DNA of 63,616 bases, counting the filler, from Chiloscyllium plagiosum (taxonomy: Eukaryota): the NCBI RefSeq assembly GCF_004010195.1. It is 4 parts of one record of this genome, joined end to end, with 100 filler letters (N's around TTAATTAATTAA, not from the genome) between each part and the next. Parts side by side here need not be neighbours in the genome. Positions count along the whole stretch, not along the records: positions 54,578 to 63,616 come from NC_057713.1; 3 more parts are not named here. One strand, given 5' to 3'. Shown here in pieces: positions 61,713 to 63,616 of this stretch. How positions within the stretch are numbered: the stretch's first letter is position 1; every line of letters begins with the position of its first letter. Under the pieces are notes generated by a model that saw nothing but the letters and a program-made list of their open reading frames with translations, made no database searches and was not told where the DNA came from. The translations under genes were made by a program, and so were the position numbers.

Positions 61713-63109
61713 TGAGAAAGTGGAACTGAATGCTAATGTTAATTGTCAAATGAACTGAATCTGCCAAAGTTGCTCCCTGTAAACCCCTCAGTGCTATATA
61801 AGACTATCAGCAAGCTAGCCTGCCATGCCGCTAGTTAATATTTTCAAATAAACGCGTTCACAGATTATATTATATATCTTAGGAGCAGATGGGATTCAAA
61901 CCTAGGTTTGTTTGGTTGAGAGGTAGGGACATTACTACTGTACCATAACAGTCTGCCAGCCAGTTAACTAGTTAGTCAACTTGCGAATTAGTTCATCAGT
62001 TGCACAGCATAGCAACTAACCGACTGGTCTGTCACGCACAACACCATTGCGCACACTTGAACTCATTCAAAATCAAGTCATTAGCCCTTGATAGAATATT
62101 GCTTGTAAAAGATTTTGCCTCCTCCTCCAAAATCTCCTGATCTTTATCTTGTCTATAATGCATGGCATCAATGGATCTTCCATTTACAAGTGAAACATTT
62201 CTGCATTCCCAGGCATTCCAAGGTCATTGAATGTCTGAGTGATAACACTTAACCCTACCTTTGATTACCTACAAGTTATTTATTCCTTGGGAAGTCATTT
62301 TAAGAGGTCAGCAGCTTTCTAAAGCATATTTGGTCACATCTGCCCTCTATCTCTTATTTTCTTCAGAGTTTAAGACAAGTTTCAAATATTCCTAAAGGTA
62401 ATGTAAAGTTAACCAGCAAACCAGCTAAAGACCAATCCACCCTCTAGTGGATCGAGTAAAGCTTCTGACTGGCTCATATGGGAGAATGATGCTAAAGCAT
62501 TTATTGTGTCCTTATAATGTGCTGTTGCCAGCTAAATAGCTTTTATTTGGTTTTCAACCTGATTTTTGGCTCAGTGATTAAAGAAGTGAAGAAGTTATTT
62601 ATGATAACGGTATTCTAGTTTGCTATTGTCAAAATTGTTCACTAAAATTCTTAATGGGTATTTGAATACATGTTTATGGAAATTACATTCCTCCGCAGTG
62701 TCGCCATTCTTGTCTATAATGGGGGCTTATGGCTTCCTGAAAACGGGCAGCCTAAAGGCTGAAGCTTCATTCACTCATACTGCCATGTCTGCACTGTTAA
62801 ATAGGCAATTCAACTTGGTAGTAATGCAAGTGCAACAGTAAACTCTATACTCAGAACAAGCTCTGACTTGTATTACTGCTTGTAGTATAAGCATGAGTTT
62901 GAGTAGTTTTGGAAACTTCCTTTACAACAAACTCAAGATGAGGTTTTTTATGCTTATCTCTTTTAACCAAAATACTAAACAAATCAAAGTCAAGAGTGTG
63001 TTGATCTCTTTCATGGTCACATATAGAGCAACAGTGGGCCTGTGACACAGTGATAGTGTACCTCTCTAGGCCGGAAAGTCCGATCCAAGTCCCACTTACC
63101 CTCAACATG

Positions 63110-63351
63110 TGTGGTCTTGTTAAGGCTCTTGTGGTACAATTGAAGTGGTACAAGATAATACACGGCTTGGAGAGGGTGGACACTAGGAAATTGTTTCTGA
63201 ATTGTTAGGCGAGGAGACTAGGACCGTGGACACAGCCTTAGAATTAGAGAGGATAAATTCAGAACAGAAATGCGGAGACATTTCTTCAGCCAGAGAGTGG
63301 TGGGCCTGTGGAATTCATTGCCACAGAGTGCAGTGGAGACTGGGACGCTAA
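63110..63351 (+). mobile_element. CR1 3' fragment
   Basis: atgcggagacatttcttcagccagagagtggtgggcctgtggaattcattgcca (FFSQRVV..WNSLP). Confidence 0.8.
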
Positions 63352-63616
63352 ATGTGCACCCATCTCCAGCTCCTCCAAGACCGTGTTAGGGAACTGGAGC
63401 TGGAGTTGGATGAACTTAGGGTCATTCGGGAGGCAGAGGGCGTCATAGATTGGAGCTTTAGTGAAGTAGTAACTCCAAAGATTGCAGACAGATGGGTGAC
63501 AGTGAGGGGGACTGGGAGGAAGCAGCCAGTGCAGGGACCCCCTGCAGCCGTTCCCGTCAAGAACAAGTATACCGTTTTGGACACTTGTGGGGGGGGGGGG
63601 ACTTACCAGGGGTAAG
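63352..63616 (+). mobile_element. CR1 ORF1 fragment (second ORF1 type), continuing off the window
   Basis: CTHLQLLQDRVRELELELDELR...WVTVR...VPVKNKYTVL parallels ORF1 at 725-1582 (DRVDRLE, WVNSR, IPISNRYAVL). Confidence 0.8.

Overview
Repeat-rich vertebrate genomic DNA. The repeat families (HER1/CR1 LINEs ending in (CTATGACT)n, HE1-type V-SINEs, Deu-domain SINEs) point to a cartilaginous fish, probably a shark; this is an inference. No intact host protein-coding gene is recognisable. The recognisable ORFs in the track are decayed retroelement pieces (CR1 ORF1 zinc-finger/SGNH esterase, CR1 endonuclease/RT, Penelope RT/GIY-YIG) or Harbinger-type Myb/SANT remnants. The most notable signal is a population of Penelope-like element (PLE) pseudo-LTRs carrying minimal type I hammerhead ribozyme motifs (CUGANGA...GAAA-CG-UC). 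They fall into 3-4 sequence families with compensatory helix changes, and many sit in tail-asymmetric inverted insertions with 10-16 bp target-site duplications. Other points of interest: a repeat-free block (~6.3-10 kb) with a perfect DR1 and a perfect DR5 nuclear-receptor element 56 bp apart, a twin-priming-like inverted CR1, and a templated inverted insertion inside an old CR1. There are four scaffold gaps, three with an artificial TTAATTAATTAA spacer. Boundaries of old repeats are approximate (by eye), and family names come from recognition, not a database search.
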